Assembly (NCBI GenBank): GCA_945919295.1 | Contig: CAMEJC010000002.1 | Location: 1 to 57,777, forward strand | Length of the DNA: 57,777 bases | Direction: 5' to 3' | Source: an uncultured Mycoplasmatota bacterium | Lineage (GTDB): Bacteria; Bacillota_I; Bacilli_A; RF39; UBA660 | In this document: in pieces, positions 47,704 through 57,667 of the stretch | How positions within the stretch are numbered: the stretch's first letter is position 1 | Layout of the letters: every line of letters starts with the position of its first letter | Made by a program: the position numbers and the translations under genes | Notes under the pieces: model-generated | Seen by the model: only the letters and a program-made list of their open reading frames with translations | What the model was told of the DNA's origin: nothing | The model's database searches: none

Positions 47704-48819
47704 ATGAATAATAAAAAAAGTAAAATAGTTTTACCATTATTAGTTTTCGTAGCTTTTATAGGTGGAGCAATTTGGTCGTATTTAGTAATAAATCAACTAA
47801 ATAAAGGATCGACAGTAACTACCGGAAGAACTGGTAATTATACAATAAATGAAAATAGCATATCTTCCGCTGTTGATAAAGTGTATGACGCTACAGTCGT
47901 TGTGGCAACTTACAAGGATGGTAAAGCAGTTTCAACAGGCACTGGATTTGTTTATAAGACAGAAGGATCTACAGCCTATATAATGACAAATAATCATGTT
48001 ATATCGAGCGGAAACTCTGCCAAAGTAATTTTTAGTGATGGCACTTCTGCAGATACAAAGATATTAGGCGGAGAGACATATTCAGATATAGCAGTTTTAA
48101 CAGTGAGTTCAGCAAGTATTAAACAAGTTGCAACTATAGGAAATACTGAAGATATAAGATTGGGAGATATTACTTTCGCTGTTGGAGCACCTCTTGGTGA
48201 TACTTATAGTGGCACAGTAACAAAAGGAATATTATCTGGTAAAGATCGATTAGTTGAAGTAAGTTTTAGTGGAACAACTTCTGATTATTACATGAAAGTT
48301 CTTCAAACTGATGCTGCTTTAAATCCTGGTAACAGTGGTGGACCATTATGTAATGTTAATGGTGAAGTAATAGGAGTCAATTCTCTTAAATTAACTGAAG
48401 AAAAAACAAGCGCTACAACCAGCTACAACGTTGAAGGAATGGGCTTTGCTATTCCAATTGAAGACGCCTTGTATTATGCTGAAACAATTGAAAAAGGTGA
48501 AACCGTAAAAAGACCATATATAGGTATAAGTATGTTAGATATTACCGATAGCTACTATTTATGGCAATCTGGTATAACTTTACCAAAAAATATTGATAGT
48601 GGAGTGGCCGTTTTAGAAGTTGTATCATCATCACCTGCTGAAAAAGCAGGATTACAAAAAGGGGATATTATAATCAAAATAGATGATGAAGAAATTACTT
48701 CTGTAGCTAAACTTCGTTATGAATTATATAAACATTCGCCAGGTGAAAAAATAAACATAACTTATAATAGAAACGGTAAAGAGAACAAGACAGAATTAAC
48801 ACTAGAAGAATCAAAATAA
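47704..48819 (+). CDS. htrA: HtrA/DegP-family serine protease with PDZ domain
   Basis: Catalytic blocks TNNHVI, DIAVL and GNSGGPL, a C-terminal PDZ (GLQKGDIIIKID) and an N-terminal TM. Confidence 0.9.
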   Translation: MNNKKSKIVLPLLVFVAFIGGAIWSYLVINQLNKGSTVTTGRTGNYTINENSISSAVDKVYDATVVVATYKDGKAVSTGTGFVYKTEGSTAYIMTNNHVISSGNSAKVIFSDGTSADTKILGGETYSDIAVLTVSSASIKQVATIGNTEDIRLGDITFAVGAPLGDTYSGTVTKGILSGKDRLVEVSFSGTTSDYYMKVLQTDAALNPGNSGGPLCNVNGEVIGVNSLKLTEEKTSATTSYNVEGMGFAIPIEDALYYAETIEKGETVKRPYIGISMLDITDSYYLWQSGITLPKNIDSGVAVLEVVSSSPAEKAGLQKGDIIIKIDDEEITSVAKLRYELYKHSPGEKINITYNRNGKENKTELTLEESK

Positions 48820-48837
48820 AAAATTTTTGATTAAAAT

Positions 48838-48888
48838 AAAGTCAAGGTTGAAGAAGAAGACAGTTTGCTTAGAACCTTGACTTTTTTT
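48838..48888 (+). terminator. Terminator of htrA
   Basis: 12-bp stem aaagtcaaggtt/aaccttgacttt followed by a T-run. Confidence 0.6.
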
Positions 48889-49002
48889 ATTTTATTATAA
48901 AGTAATTAACTTTAAACTTTATATATAAAAGTAACAAAAACTATTGTATTTTACATTTAATATTTGATATAATAAAATAGACATAAGAAGAAAGGTGAGA
49001 AA

Positions 49003-49452
49003 ATGGAAGAATATAAAATAACAGTACATAGCGATAATGAAACAATTGCTATAGCTCAAAATATTGAATCAGAAAAATTTCCAGGAATGGTTATTTGCTT
49101 AAATGGAGATCTAGGAAGTGGAAAAACCGTTTTTGCTAAAGGATTTGCCCATGCTATGGGAATTGAAGAAATAACTTCACCAACATTTACGATAATAAAA
49201 GAATATAATGGAGAATTGCCATTATATCATATGGATGTTTATAGAATAGAAGATACCAATGAAGAATTGGGTATTGAAGAATACTTCGATAAAGGAGGAG
49301 TAACTATCATTGAATGGGCAAATATTATTAAAGACATTCTTCCTGAAGAAAGACTAGATATTAAATTTAAAATAGTAGATGAAAATACAAGAGTAATAGT
49401 ACTAAACCCTCACGGTGATAAATATATAAATATTTGTGAGGCAATAATATGA
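49003..49452 (+). CDS. tsaE: tRNA t6A biosynthesis ATPase TsaE
   Basis: GDLGSGKTVFAKG...SPTFTI motif. Confidence 0.9.
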   Translation: MEEYKITVHSDNETIAIAQNIESEKFPGMVICLNGDLGSGKTVFAKGFAHAMGIEEITSPTFTIIKEYNGELPLYHMDVYRIEDTNEELGIEEYFDKGGVTIIEWANIIKDILPEERLDIKFKIVDENTRVIVLNPHGDKYINICEAII

Positions 49453-50030
49453 TAAGTTTATTTATAGATACATCACTTTCTGATGTATCTATCGCCCTAT
49501 TAAAAGAAGGAAAAGAATTATCTTGTATTCATAATAATATTCCTGGAGAACATTCAATTTATGTAAGCAAATACATCGAAGATATATTAAAAGAAAATAA
49601 AATATCCCCAAATGCTGTTGATGAAATAATAGTTGTAAATGGACCTGGATCTTTTACCGGTATAAGAATAGGAGTAACAATTGCTAAGATGTATGCCTAT
49701 CTTGAAAAAATAAGAATTGTAACCATAACATCATTACAAGCACGTATAATAGGGTTGACAGGTAACTATTTTTTATCAAAGATAGATGCCAAACACGGTA
49801 ACTATTATATTGGTTTATATGATAAAGATTATAACAAAATAATCGAAGAATTTGCACCATTGCAAAAGGTAGAAGAATTAATTAATCAGTATAATCCCAC
49901 TATTGTGGATTCATCAAAAAAATATAATATTGAAAAGATAGTTGAATATACTAAGAAAATGAAAAATATGAATCCACATGGTGTAAATCCAATATATCTA
50001 AAATTACCAGAGGCTATGGAGAAAAAATGA
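49449..50030 (+). CDS. tsaB: tRNA t6A biosynthesis protein TsaB
   Basis: GPGSFTGIRIGV motif. Overlaps tsaE and rimI. Confidence 0.88.
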   Translation: MISLFIDTSLSDVSIALLKEGKELSCIHNNIPGEHSIYVSKYIEDILKENKISPNAVDEIIVVNGPGSFTGIRIGVTIAKMYAYLEKIRIVTITSLQARIIGLTGNYFLSKIDAKHGNYYIGLYDKDYNKIIEEFAPLQKVEELINQYNPTIVDSSKKYNIEKIVEYTKKMKNMNPHGVNPIYLKLPEAMEKK

Positions 50031-50380
50031 TAATAGAAGTATCAAAAGAAAATGATGTTCCATTTAGTAAACATGCTCAATATATAGAAAATGATAAAAT
50101 TGTTGGTACTTTAGATTATTCACTTATATATGATCGCATTGAGATTGATAACATTCAAGTAGATGAAAAATATCGAGATCAGAAAATAGGAACAAAATTA
50201 ATGAGCTATTTAATATCGATAGCTATTGAAAATAGAGTTGTAAATATTACACTCGAAGTAAGAAAAAGTAACAAAATTGCTATTCATCTCTACAAAAAAT
50301 TTGGCTTTCGTGAAGTAGCCATAAGAAAGTATTATTATGGAGATGAAGACGCAATATTAATGGAAAAACAGGTGATGTAA
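50027..50380 (+). CDS. rimI: Ribosomal-protein-alanine N-acetyltransferase (GNAT)
   Basis: GNAT motif A (VDEKYRDQKIGTKLM). Conserved position between tsaB and tsaD. Confidence 0.8.
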   Translation: MIIEVSKENDVPFSKHAQYIENDKIVGTLDYSLIYDRIEIDNIQVDEKYRDQKIGTKLMSYLISIAIENRVVNITLEVRKSNKIAIHLYKKFGFREVAIRKYYYGDEDAILMEKQVM

Positions 50381-51394
50381 ATGAAAGAATTATACATACT
50401 AGCAGTGGAATCAAGTTGTGATGAAACAAGTATGAGTATTATCAAAAATGGTTGTGAAGAGATAGCTACTGTTGTTTTAAGTCAAATCGATATCCATAAA
50501 AATTATGGTGGCGTAGTACCAGAAATAGCAAGTAGAAATCATATTGAAAACATAACCATTGTCCTAGAAGAATTATTAAGTGAAGCAAATATGACAATAG
50601 ATGAAATAACAGCAATTGCTGTAACATATGGTCCTGGTCTAATAGGAAGCTTATTAATCGGTGTACAAGCTGCTAAAACAATAGCTTTAGTAACAGGGAA
50701 ACCACTAATTCCAGTTCATCATATAGCGGGCCATATCTATGCTAATAACTTGGAAGAAAGATTAAAATTTCCATTAATAGCCTTAGTAGTAAGTGGTGGA
50801 CATAGTGAATTGATCTATATGAAAGAAGACTACTCATTTGAAAGAATTGGCGGCACTTTGGATGATGCTGTTGGAGAATGCTATGACAAAGTAGCTAAAG
50901 TACTAGGATTATCATATCCAGGAGGCCCATTAGTAGACAAATTTGCTCACGAGGGAAAGGATACTTATGATTTACCATATCCCTTAGATGATAAGAGTTA
51001 TAATTTTAGTTTTAGTGGAATCAAATCTGCTGTTATAAATCTTGTTCATAATGAAAAACAAAGAGGAAATGAAATAAATGTTAAAAATCTATGTACTACA
51101 TTTCAAAACAGAGTTGTAACCATTCTAACTAAAAAGACAATGCGAGCGCTAAAAGAATATAACATAAATAATTTAATAGTAGCAGGAGGAGTATCTGCAA
51201 ACAAAGGACTAAGAGAAAAATTAACTGAAGAATGCCAAAAAGAAAATGTCCATTTATCATTTCCTAGAATGAGTTATTGTACAGATAACGCTGCCATGAT
51301 AGGAGCAGCAGCCTATTTTGCCTATCAAAAAGGCATACTAGCAGATCAAACATTAACAGCAATGGCTACCGATACATTATATAAATATAAATAA
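50381..51394 (+). CDS. tsaD: tRNA N6-adenosine threonylcarbamoyltransferase TsaD
   Basis: SSCDETS and HHIAGH metal-binding motifs. 337 aa. Confidence 0.95.
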   Translation: MKELYILAVESSCDETSMSIIKNGCEEIATVVLSQIDIHKNYGGVVPEIASRNHIENITIVLEELLSEANMTIDEITAIAVTYGPGLIGSLLIGVQAAKTIALVTGKPLIPVHHIAGHIYANNLEERLKFPLIALVVSGGHSELIYMKEDYSFERIGGTLDDAVGECYDKVAKVLGLSYPGGPLVDKFAHEGKDTYDLPYPLDDKSYNFSFSGIKSAVINLVHNEKQRGNEINVKNLCTTFQNRVVTILTKKTMRALKEYNINNLIVAGGVSANKGLREKLTEECQKENVHLSFPRMSYCTDNAAMIGAAAYFAYQKGILADQTLTAMATDTLYKYK

Positions 51395-51419
51395 AGTTCA
51401 AAATTATGAACTTTTTTTA
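51393..51419 (+). terminator. Terminator of the tsa operon
   Basis: Stem aaagttca/tgaacttt followed by a T-run. Confidence 0.6.
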
Positions 51420-51491
51420 TTTTATCTATTGCATAAAAAAAAAAACTATTATATAATGTAAATATAATAGGATAGGAGGAAACGAAAAATA

Positions 51492-52604
51492 ATGAAAAAT
51501 GAATTACTAAAAAGAATAGGGTTACTAAGTATTTCTACTTTAGCTGTTATATCTTTCGTCACTCAAGCAAAAGCTGCAGAAGAAAATAAAGTATGTCAAG
51601 AAGTAAAATACACAAATTATTATTTCTTTAGTGAAATATATACTGAAACTAATCTTAATGAAATTATTAATAGTGGAACTGAAAGATATCATGGAACATT
51701 TTTTCCAGCATTGCCAGAAAACATAATAAAAGGAAGTATAGAAGAATCTAAAGTATGTTTAACAAGTGATGATAATGATATGTCATGTATTAAGAATGAA
51801 TTTGATTTGGATAAATTTTACACTAAATATAAAGCTATTTTAACATCAACTAACAATCCTACAACAGTAAAATTTACAATAAATGATGATAATCTAACAA
51901 ATAAAGAAGGTTCAAGCACTTATATTACTGAAGGAAAAATATCATATTATTTACATGGCACATGGTATGCAACGGATGAAACAGGAAAAATAACTGGAGA
52001 TTCTACAAAAGTTGTAAGATATGACAGTATTGAAAATTCTGAGTTAAAAACAGGCGCTATAATTCCAGATACAACAACTATTAAGCCGACTATTAAAGAA
52101 GGTGAAGAAACTATAAAATTCTTGATAACAAGAAAAATTACAGCGGCTAACAAAGAAGGAAAAACAGGATTTGTTCTACCATCATATAGTGAAACTGACA
52201 AGACATATTTAACTCCAGCACTATATAAAATAACTTATAAAGTAGAAGAGTGTACTAATAAATATAATGCCACAATAAACTACTTAGATAAAGAAACAAA
52301 AAAAGAAGTACACGATCCATATAAAGATAGTAAACTTGATGATGGATATACTAAGCCAGTAGATTCACCTGAAATAACAGGATGTACTCCTGATAAAGAA
52401 ACAGTTGAAATAAAAATAAATGGTAAAGACTTTGAAGAAACAGTATATTACAGTTGTAAAACTGAAACAATCAAAGACAATCCTAAAACAGGTTCAGCAC
52501 TAATCTTTACTGCCTGGACAGTAGGAATTGGAGCATTAGGATATTCGGCATACTATTTTTCTAAAATGAGAAAAGAAAAAGAAAGCGGAAATGACGAAGA
52601 ATAA
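51492..52604 (+). CDS. Cell-wall-anchored surface protein with an NPKTG-type sorting signal
   Basis: Signal peptide ending AKAAEE. The C-terminus has NPKTG, a hydrophobic helix and a KMRKEK tail. A MucBP-like block lies before the anchor. Confidence 0.7.
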   Translation: MKNELLKRIGLLSISTLAVISFVTQAKAAEENKVCQEVKYTNYYFFSEIYTETNLNEIINSGTERYHGTFFPALPENIIKGSIEESKVCLTSDDNDMSCIKNEFDLDKFYTKYKAILTSTNNPTTVKFTINDDNLTNKEGSSTYITEGKISYYLHGTWYATDETGKITGDSTKVVRYDSIENSELKTGAIIPDTTTIKPTIKEGEETIKFLITRKITAANKEGKTGFVLPSYSETDKTYLTPALYKITYKVEECTNKYNATINYLDKETKKEVHDPYKDSKLDDGYTKPVDSPEITGCTPDKETVEIKINGKDFEETVYYSCKTETIKDNPKTGSALIFTAWTVGIGALGYSAYYFSKMRKEKESGNDEE

Positions 52605-52616
52605 ATATTATATATC

Positions 52617-52650
52617 AAAAGATTATAAATAATTTTTATAATCTTTTTTC
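52617..52650 (+). terminator. Terminator of the surface protein gene
   Basis: 13-bp stem aaaagattataaa/tttataatctttt followed by a T-run. Confidence 0.65.
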
Positions 52651-52715
52651 TTTTAGACTACTCTATTACCGAAATATCTTTTTTTTACATAAAATAATAA
52701 AAAAGAGGTGATTGT

Positions 52716-53018
52716 ATGGATTTTATTAACAACAATACTGAATTAATAGTTACATTACTTACTATGATTCTTACATGGATACTAGGTTTTATATCAAAAA
52801 GATGTCCATATATCAATAACAATCTTATAATAATACAAAATATAGTTGTTGGTCTTAGTGTTTCAATATTCTATTTTATAATAACTAAAGATTTTAATCT
52901 AGCTATATCATTAAGTGGTATTTTTGCAGAAACTGGATATAATCTCATTCATAACATAGAAAAATTAATAAAAAATGATACTAATAACAATTATGACAAA
53001 ACATATACAAATAATTAA
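52716..53018 (+). CDS. Small 3-helix membrane protein, possibly holin-like
   Basis: AGAGGTGA RBS. Two or three TM helices with a charged C-terminal tail. Resemblance to phage holin families is by eye only. Confidence 0.35.
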   Translation: MDFINNNTELIVTLLTMILTWILGFISKRCPYINNNLIIIQNIVVGLSVSIFYFIITKDFNLAISLSGIFAETGYNLIHNIEKLIKNDTNNNYDKTYTNN

Positions 53019-53130
53019 ACAAATTTACGATACAAAAGAAACAAATATATGTATATAATAACAAGAATAATTACAATAAAAGAAATGAAAATGGTAAAAT
53101 AAAGAAACAAAAAATTAATTAATGAATTAA

Positions 53131-53160
53131 AGAAAAAGAAATTAAAATCTTTTTCTTTTT
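53131..53160 (+). terminator. Terminator-like hairpin
   Basis: agaaaaaga/tctttttct stem followed by a T-run, 113 nt past the stop of the preceding ORF. Confidence 0.5.
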
Positions 53161-53270
53161 ACCCTATTGATCTATAAATTAGTATAATAAAAAACTAAAA
53201 AAGATAATTTTCATTTCTTTACATCTTAATCTAATAATGATAAAATGAAATAAGAAAGATGAGGTAAAAA

Positions 53271-55346
53271 ATGCAGGAATTAAATAGTGAACAAATGAAA
53301 GCTGTCAATCATATAAATGGCCCTATGCTAGTTTTAGCAGGAGCGGGTTCAGGGAAAACAAAAGTATTAACAAATAGAATAGTGGGTTTAATTGAAAATG
53401 GTATTAGTCCTTTAAATATATTAGCTATAACCTTTACCAATAAAGCAGCAAAGGAAATGAAAGAGAGGGTTATAAGGCTAATTGGAGCAGAAGCTTATAA
53501 TATTCAAATATCAACATTTCATTCATTAGGATTAAAAATTTTAAAAGAAAATTATAATCTTTTAGGATATGAAAGAAACTTTACTATTATTGATAGTGAT
53601 GATGTTTTAACAATAATCAAAAAAATAATGAAAGATTTAAATATGTCTAAAGATTATTATAATGCACGAGAAATAAAAAATAAAATAAGTTCTGCTAAAA
53701 ATGAAATGATGGGACTTGATGAATTTTCTAAAGTTGAATTTGATCATAAAGTAGTGGAAGTATACAGACAATATCTGAAGAAATTAAAAAATGGAAACTC
53801 TGTCGATTTTGATGATCTACTAATATTACCAATTAAATTATTTAAAATATATCCAAATATTCTTGAACAATATCAAGATAGATATAAATATATTTTAATC
53901 GATGAATATCAAGATACTAATGAAGCCCAATATATTTTCAGTAAATTACTTTCAGCTAAATATCGTAATATTTTTGTAGTAGGTGATAATGATCAAGCAA
54001 TATACGCTTTTCGTGGGGCAAATTATAAAAATATATTAAACTTTGAAAAAGACTATCCCGAAGCCAAAACTATTCTTCTAGAAGAAAATTATCGTTCTAC
54101 TAAGACAATATTAGATGCCGCCAATAGTGTTATAAAAAACAATAAAGAACGAAAGGATAAAAAACTATGGAGTAACAATCCTATTGGTGAGAAAATAAAA
54201 TACAAAGTAGTAGGAAATGAAAAAGAAGAAGCATCTTTTGTTGCTACTGAAATTAAAGAACTTATAAATCAAGGCGTAAATGAAGAAGACATTGCTATTC
54301 TTTATCGTACCAATGCCCAGTCACGTGTTGTCGAAGAGGAAATGCTAAAGAAAAATATTAAGTATCGAGTAGTAGGTAGCTTCTATTTTTATAATCGAAA
54401 AGAAATAAAAGATTTACTTTGCTATTTAAGATTAATCAATAATCATAAAGATGATGTAAGTTTACTTAGAATAATAAATACTCCAAAAAGAGGAATTGGT
54501 GAAAAGACAATTGATAACTTAACAAATGCAGCGATAGAAAATGATACATCATTATTTGAAGCCATCTCATCGGGAAAAGAGTTAGAATTTAAAAAGTTAA
54601 TTGAAGAATTAACCAAGGAAAGCGAAAACTTGTCATTAACAGAACTTGTTGATAATATTTTAGAAAAAAGTGGTATAAAAAAAGAGTTAATGTCATCTAA
54701 ATTACTCGAAGATGAAATAAGATTAGAAAATTTAAATGAATTTAAAGGTGTTACTAAAAGTTATGAAGAAGAATATGGATCTGCTACTCTTGAAGACTTT
54801 TTAGATGAAATATCATTAGTTAGTGATATGAGCGAACATCAAGATGGAACAAATAGAGTAAGCTTGATGACCGTACATTCAGTTAAAGGATTAGAGTTTG
54901 ATTATGTTTTTATTGTCGGCATGGAAGAGGGAATATTTCCCCATTATAATGCCATAAATGATGGAAGTTTATCTGCTATTGAAGAAGAAAGAAGATTATG
55001 TTATGTAGCTATAACAAGAGCTAAGAAAAAACTATATATATTATCCGCAGAAAGTAGAATGCTTTTTGGTAATACAAATAGAAATAAACCTAGTCGTTTT
55101 ATTGATGAAATAGATGAAAAATATCTTGATATTGAGAAAAACAAATCATTTAATAAGATTGTCTCAAAAGTAAAGAAAAACATTGATAAAACAGTTGAAT
55201 ATGAAGTTGGAGAAAGAATTAGTCATACCGAATTTGGAGAAGGAATCATAATCAGTATTGATAAATCTATTCTTACTGTTGCATTTCCTCATCCAATTGG
55301 AATAAAAAAATTAATGAAGGGACATCCAAATATTACAAAATTATAG
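53271..55346 (+). CDS. pcrA: ATP-dependent DNA helicase PcrA (UvrD family)
   Basis: SF1 motifs AGAGSGKT, DEYQDTN, VGDNDQAIYAFRGA, TVHSVKGLEFD and YVAITRAK. Confidence 0.95.
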   Translation: MQELNSEQMKAVNHINGPMLVLAGAGSGKTKVLTNRIVGLIENGISPLNILAITFTNKAAKEMKERVIRLIGAEAYNIQISTFHSLGLKILKENYNLLGYERNFTIIDSDDVLTIIKKIMKDLNMSKDYYNAREIKNKISSAKNEMMGLDEFSKVEFDHKVVEVYRQYLKKLKNGNSVDFDDLLILPIKLFKIYPNILEQYQDRYKYILIDEYQDTNEAQYIFSKLLSAKYRNIFVVGDNDQAIYAFRGANYKNILNFEKDYPEAKTILLEENYRSTKTILDAANSVIKNNKERKDKKLWSNNPIGEKIKYKVVGNEKEEASFVATEIKELINQGVNEEDIAILYRTNAQSRVVEEEMLKKNIKYRVVGSFYFYNRKEIKDLLCYLRLINNHKDDVSLLRIINTPKRGIGEKTIDNLTNAAIENDTSLFEAISSGKELEFKKLIEELTKESENLSLTELVDNILEKSGIKKELMSSKLLEDEIRLENLNEFKGVTKSYEEEYGSATLEDFLDEISLVSDMSEHQDGTNRVSLMTVHSVKGLEFDYVFIVGMEEGIFPHYNAINDGSLSAIEEERRLCYVAITRAKKKLYILSAESRMLFGNTNRNKPSRFIDEIDEKYLDIEKNKSFNKIVSKVKKNIDKTVEYEVGERISHTEFGEGIIISIDKSILTVAFPHPIGIKKLMKGHPNITKL

Positions 55347-55419
55347 TTTAAAAAGCAAAGAAATAGAAAATAATAGTATCTATTTCTTTTTATTTGAATA
55401 TAATATATTGGAGGTAAAC

Positions 55420-55980
55420 ATGGATTATAATATTTTAGTAAATAAGGATAATCCTCTACCAAGAGCACATATACCAAATAATTTAGTAATTACCGAAAGT
55501 AAATATAAAGATAATATATATATAGATGTAAAAGTTAAAGAGGCATTTGATAAGTTAAAAAACGAAGCTTTAAAATATAAATATTATATCGACATTGAAA
55601 GTGGATATCGAGATTATGATTATCAAGAAAAAATATATAATAAATTACTTGAAGAAAAAGGATTTAGTTATGCCATAACACGTATAGCAGAACCAGGTAA
55701 ATCAGAACATCAAACTGGACTTGCATTAGATTTTTGCATTTATCGAGATGAAAAATGTTATATTGAACATGAAATTGAAGACTTTCAAGAAACTAAATGG
55801 ATTCATCAAAATTGTCATAGATATGGTTTCATATTAAGATATCCTGAAGGGAAGGAAGATATAACTAAATATAGTTATGAACCGTGGCATCTAAGATATG
55901 TTGGAAATATTGCCAGATATATATATGATAACAATTTAACATTAGAAGAATACAAAGAAAGAGAGTCTAAAAAAATATAG
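55420..55980 (+). CDS. VanY-type D-alanyl-D-alanine carboxypeptidase (M15B)
   Basis: SGYRDYDYQ, SEHQTGLALD and EPWHLRYVG. The ATG at 55420 follows GGAGG. Confidence 0.85.
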   Translation: MDYNILVNKDNPLPRAHIPNNLVITESKYKDNIYIDVKVKEAFDKLKNEALKYKYYIDIESGYRDYDYQEKIYNKLLEEKGFSYAITRIAEPGKSEHQTGLALDFCIYRDEKCYIEHEIEDFQETKWIHQNCHRYGFILRYPEGKEDITKYSYEPWHLRYVGNIARYIYDNNLTLEEYKERESKKI

Positions 55981-56050
55981 AATTTCTTTTTATCATTTCA
56001 TATTCCATGGCTCATTATTTTATAAAAATTATGATCTAAAAAATCATAAA

Positions 56051-56079
56051 TTTGACATTTCACTCGTAATGTTGTATTA
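56051..56079 (+). promoter_or_regulatory. Sigma-A promoter of paralog 1
   Basis: TTGACA (56051-56056), 17 nt, then TATTAT (56074-56079). Confidence 0.55.
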
Positions 56080-56105
56080 TATTATGACGTGAAAGGGGGA
56101 ATTTA

Positions 56106-56780
56106 TTGTTTATGAATAACTTTGAAGAAAATTATAGAATATTATTATCTGAATTAAAAGGATTGAAAGAAGAAGAATATAAACTGCAAACAAAACTTTT
56201 CAATAAAAACCTAGAACTTTTTGGCAATGGTATCGAATCCAATAATTTAAACAAAGAAATACAAACTTTATTAATTACTAAAGAGGAAAAAAATGAAAAG
56301 AAAATTTGCCATATTAATAACATGGGAGTTATTGCTGAGTTAATAATTAGTGTGATCGTATTTACGATTGGAGTAATGTTTACACTTCAACTATCAGTTA
56401 CTTACTTAGAAAATTTAATTGGAACTTTAATTACAGGATTAATGACCTTTGGAACCTTTAAAGGAACTAAATTATTAATCGAGAAAATAATTAAAAGAAA
56501 AATAAAAAAAATACTTACTAGTGAAAAAAATTTAGAGATTGAAAATCAAATTAAAGCTAAAGAAGAACAACAAAGTGAAACCCTTGCAAGAGCAGAAAAA
56601 CTAACAAAAGAAAAAGATGCTATTTCATTTGATTTAGAAATTACTGAAGAAAAAATATGTCAAAAAGAAAATGAAATATCTAGTTTTAAGAAAAATACAG
56701 ACATTATTTTTTCTAATTTAGAAAATAATTATGAAAAAAGCAAACCATATACAAAAGTAAAAACAATTAGTAAAAATTAG
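56106..56780 (+). CDS. Coiled-coil/2-TM/coiled-coil protein, paralog 1
   Basis: GGGGGAA RBS. TTG at 56106 or ATG at 56112. A central hydrophobic hairpin is flanked by heptad-rich charged segments. The C-terminus carries KPYTKVKT. Confidence 0.6.
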   Translation: MFMNNFEENYRILLSELKGLKEEEYKLQTKLFNKNLELFGNGIESNNLNKEIQTLLITKEEKNEKKICHINNMGVIAELIISVIVFTIGVMFTLQLSVTYLENLIGTLITGLMTFGTFKGTKLLIEKIIKRKIKKILTSEKNLEIENQIKAKEEQQSETLARAEKLTKEKDAISFDLEITEEKICQKENEISSFKKNTDIIFSNLENNYEKSKPYTKVKTISKN

Positions 56781-56840
56781 GTGTTAACATTTGATTTTTT
56801 CATAATTTTAAGTGCACTTAGAAATATCACTTTTATTTTC

Positions 56841-56869
56841 TTGACAATTATCAGTAGATAGTATATTAT
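56841..56869 (+). promoter_or_regulatory. Sigma-A promoter of paralog 2
   Basis: TTGACA (56841-56846), 17 nt, then TATTAT (56864-56869). Same architecture as at 56051. Confidence 0.55.
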
Positions 56870-56894
56870 AATACCAAAAAGGAGAATAGAATTT

Positions 56895-57530
56895 ATGGAT
56901 TATAATAAAGAGACAATGCCGTATTCTGAATTAAAAGAAGAAGCACAATTAAAAGAATCTTTACTTCAAACAAAAGTAGAAATAATTAACTGTAGTTGTT
57001 CAAAAATAAAAATAGATAAAGAACTTCAAGAATTATTCGGAGTAAATGAAGAAAAAATTGAAAATAAAATTTATACGATAAATAGTATATGTTCACAAAT
57101 TAAAAAAATAATAGTATTATTAGTAGGCTATTTCCAATTATCGATAATTCTAAATGCTTCAACTTTTATAGAAATTATAATTAGTTTTATTGTAAGTATA
57201 TTATCTTTAGTGATAAGTTTTGTTGGAATATCAGAAATATGTCAAATAATAATACAAAGAAAAATCACCAAATTAAAAAATTCAACAAAATATATAGAGA
57301 TTGAAAAAACAATTAGGGATAGACAAAAACAAAAAGAATCGTTAGAAAAAAAAGAAAAAGAATTACTTAGAAAAAAAGATAATATCACAGCAAATTTACA
57401 AAACACTAGGAAGAATATATTCCAACAAGAATTAGAAAAAAAAGAAGATAATGGTTTAACCATACATGATTTACCAAAAGAAAAAGTGACAAAACCATAT
57501 ACCAAAACAAAAATAAAAAAACAAATATAA
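56895..57530 (+). CDS. Coiled-coil/2-TM/coiled-coil protein, paralog 2
   Basis: AAGGAGAA RBS. Collinear similarity to paralog 1 (SELK..LQTK, IIxRKIxK, KPYTKTK). Confidence 0.6.
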   Translation: MDYNKETMPYSELKEEAQLKESLLQTKVEIINCSCSKIKIDKELQELFGVNEEKIENKIYTINSICSQIKKIIVLLVGYFQLSIILNASTFIEIIISFIVSILSLVISFVGISEICQIIIQRKITKLKNSTKYIEIEKTIRDRQKQKESLEKKEKELLRKKDNITANLQNTRKNIFQQELEKKEDNGLTIHDLPKEKVTKPYTKTKIKKQI

Positions 57531-57548
57531 ATCTATATATAAAATTTT

Positions 57549-57572
57549 AAGTGATATTTTTTAATATCACTT
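57549..57572 (+). terminator. Hairpin after paralog 2
   Basis: 10-bp stem aagtgatatt/aatatcactt, loop tttt. A degenerate copy follows paralog 1 at about 56806-56836. Confidence 0.5.
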
Positions 57573-57667
57573 TTAAATTATAATAAAAAACAAAAAGTTG
57601 TTTTAATACATATTATTTTTGAGTGTGTAAAAAAATCTGTGTAAATGATATCTATCCATGACATTTC

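Noticed and set aside
55289-55477. 62-aa minus-strand ORF spanning the pcrA/vanY junction
   Set aside because: It overlaps two well-supported plus-strand genes and their intergenic RBS.
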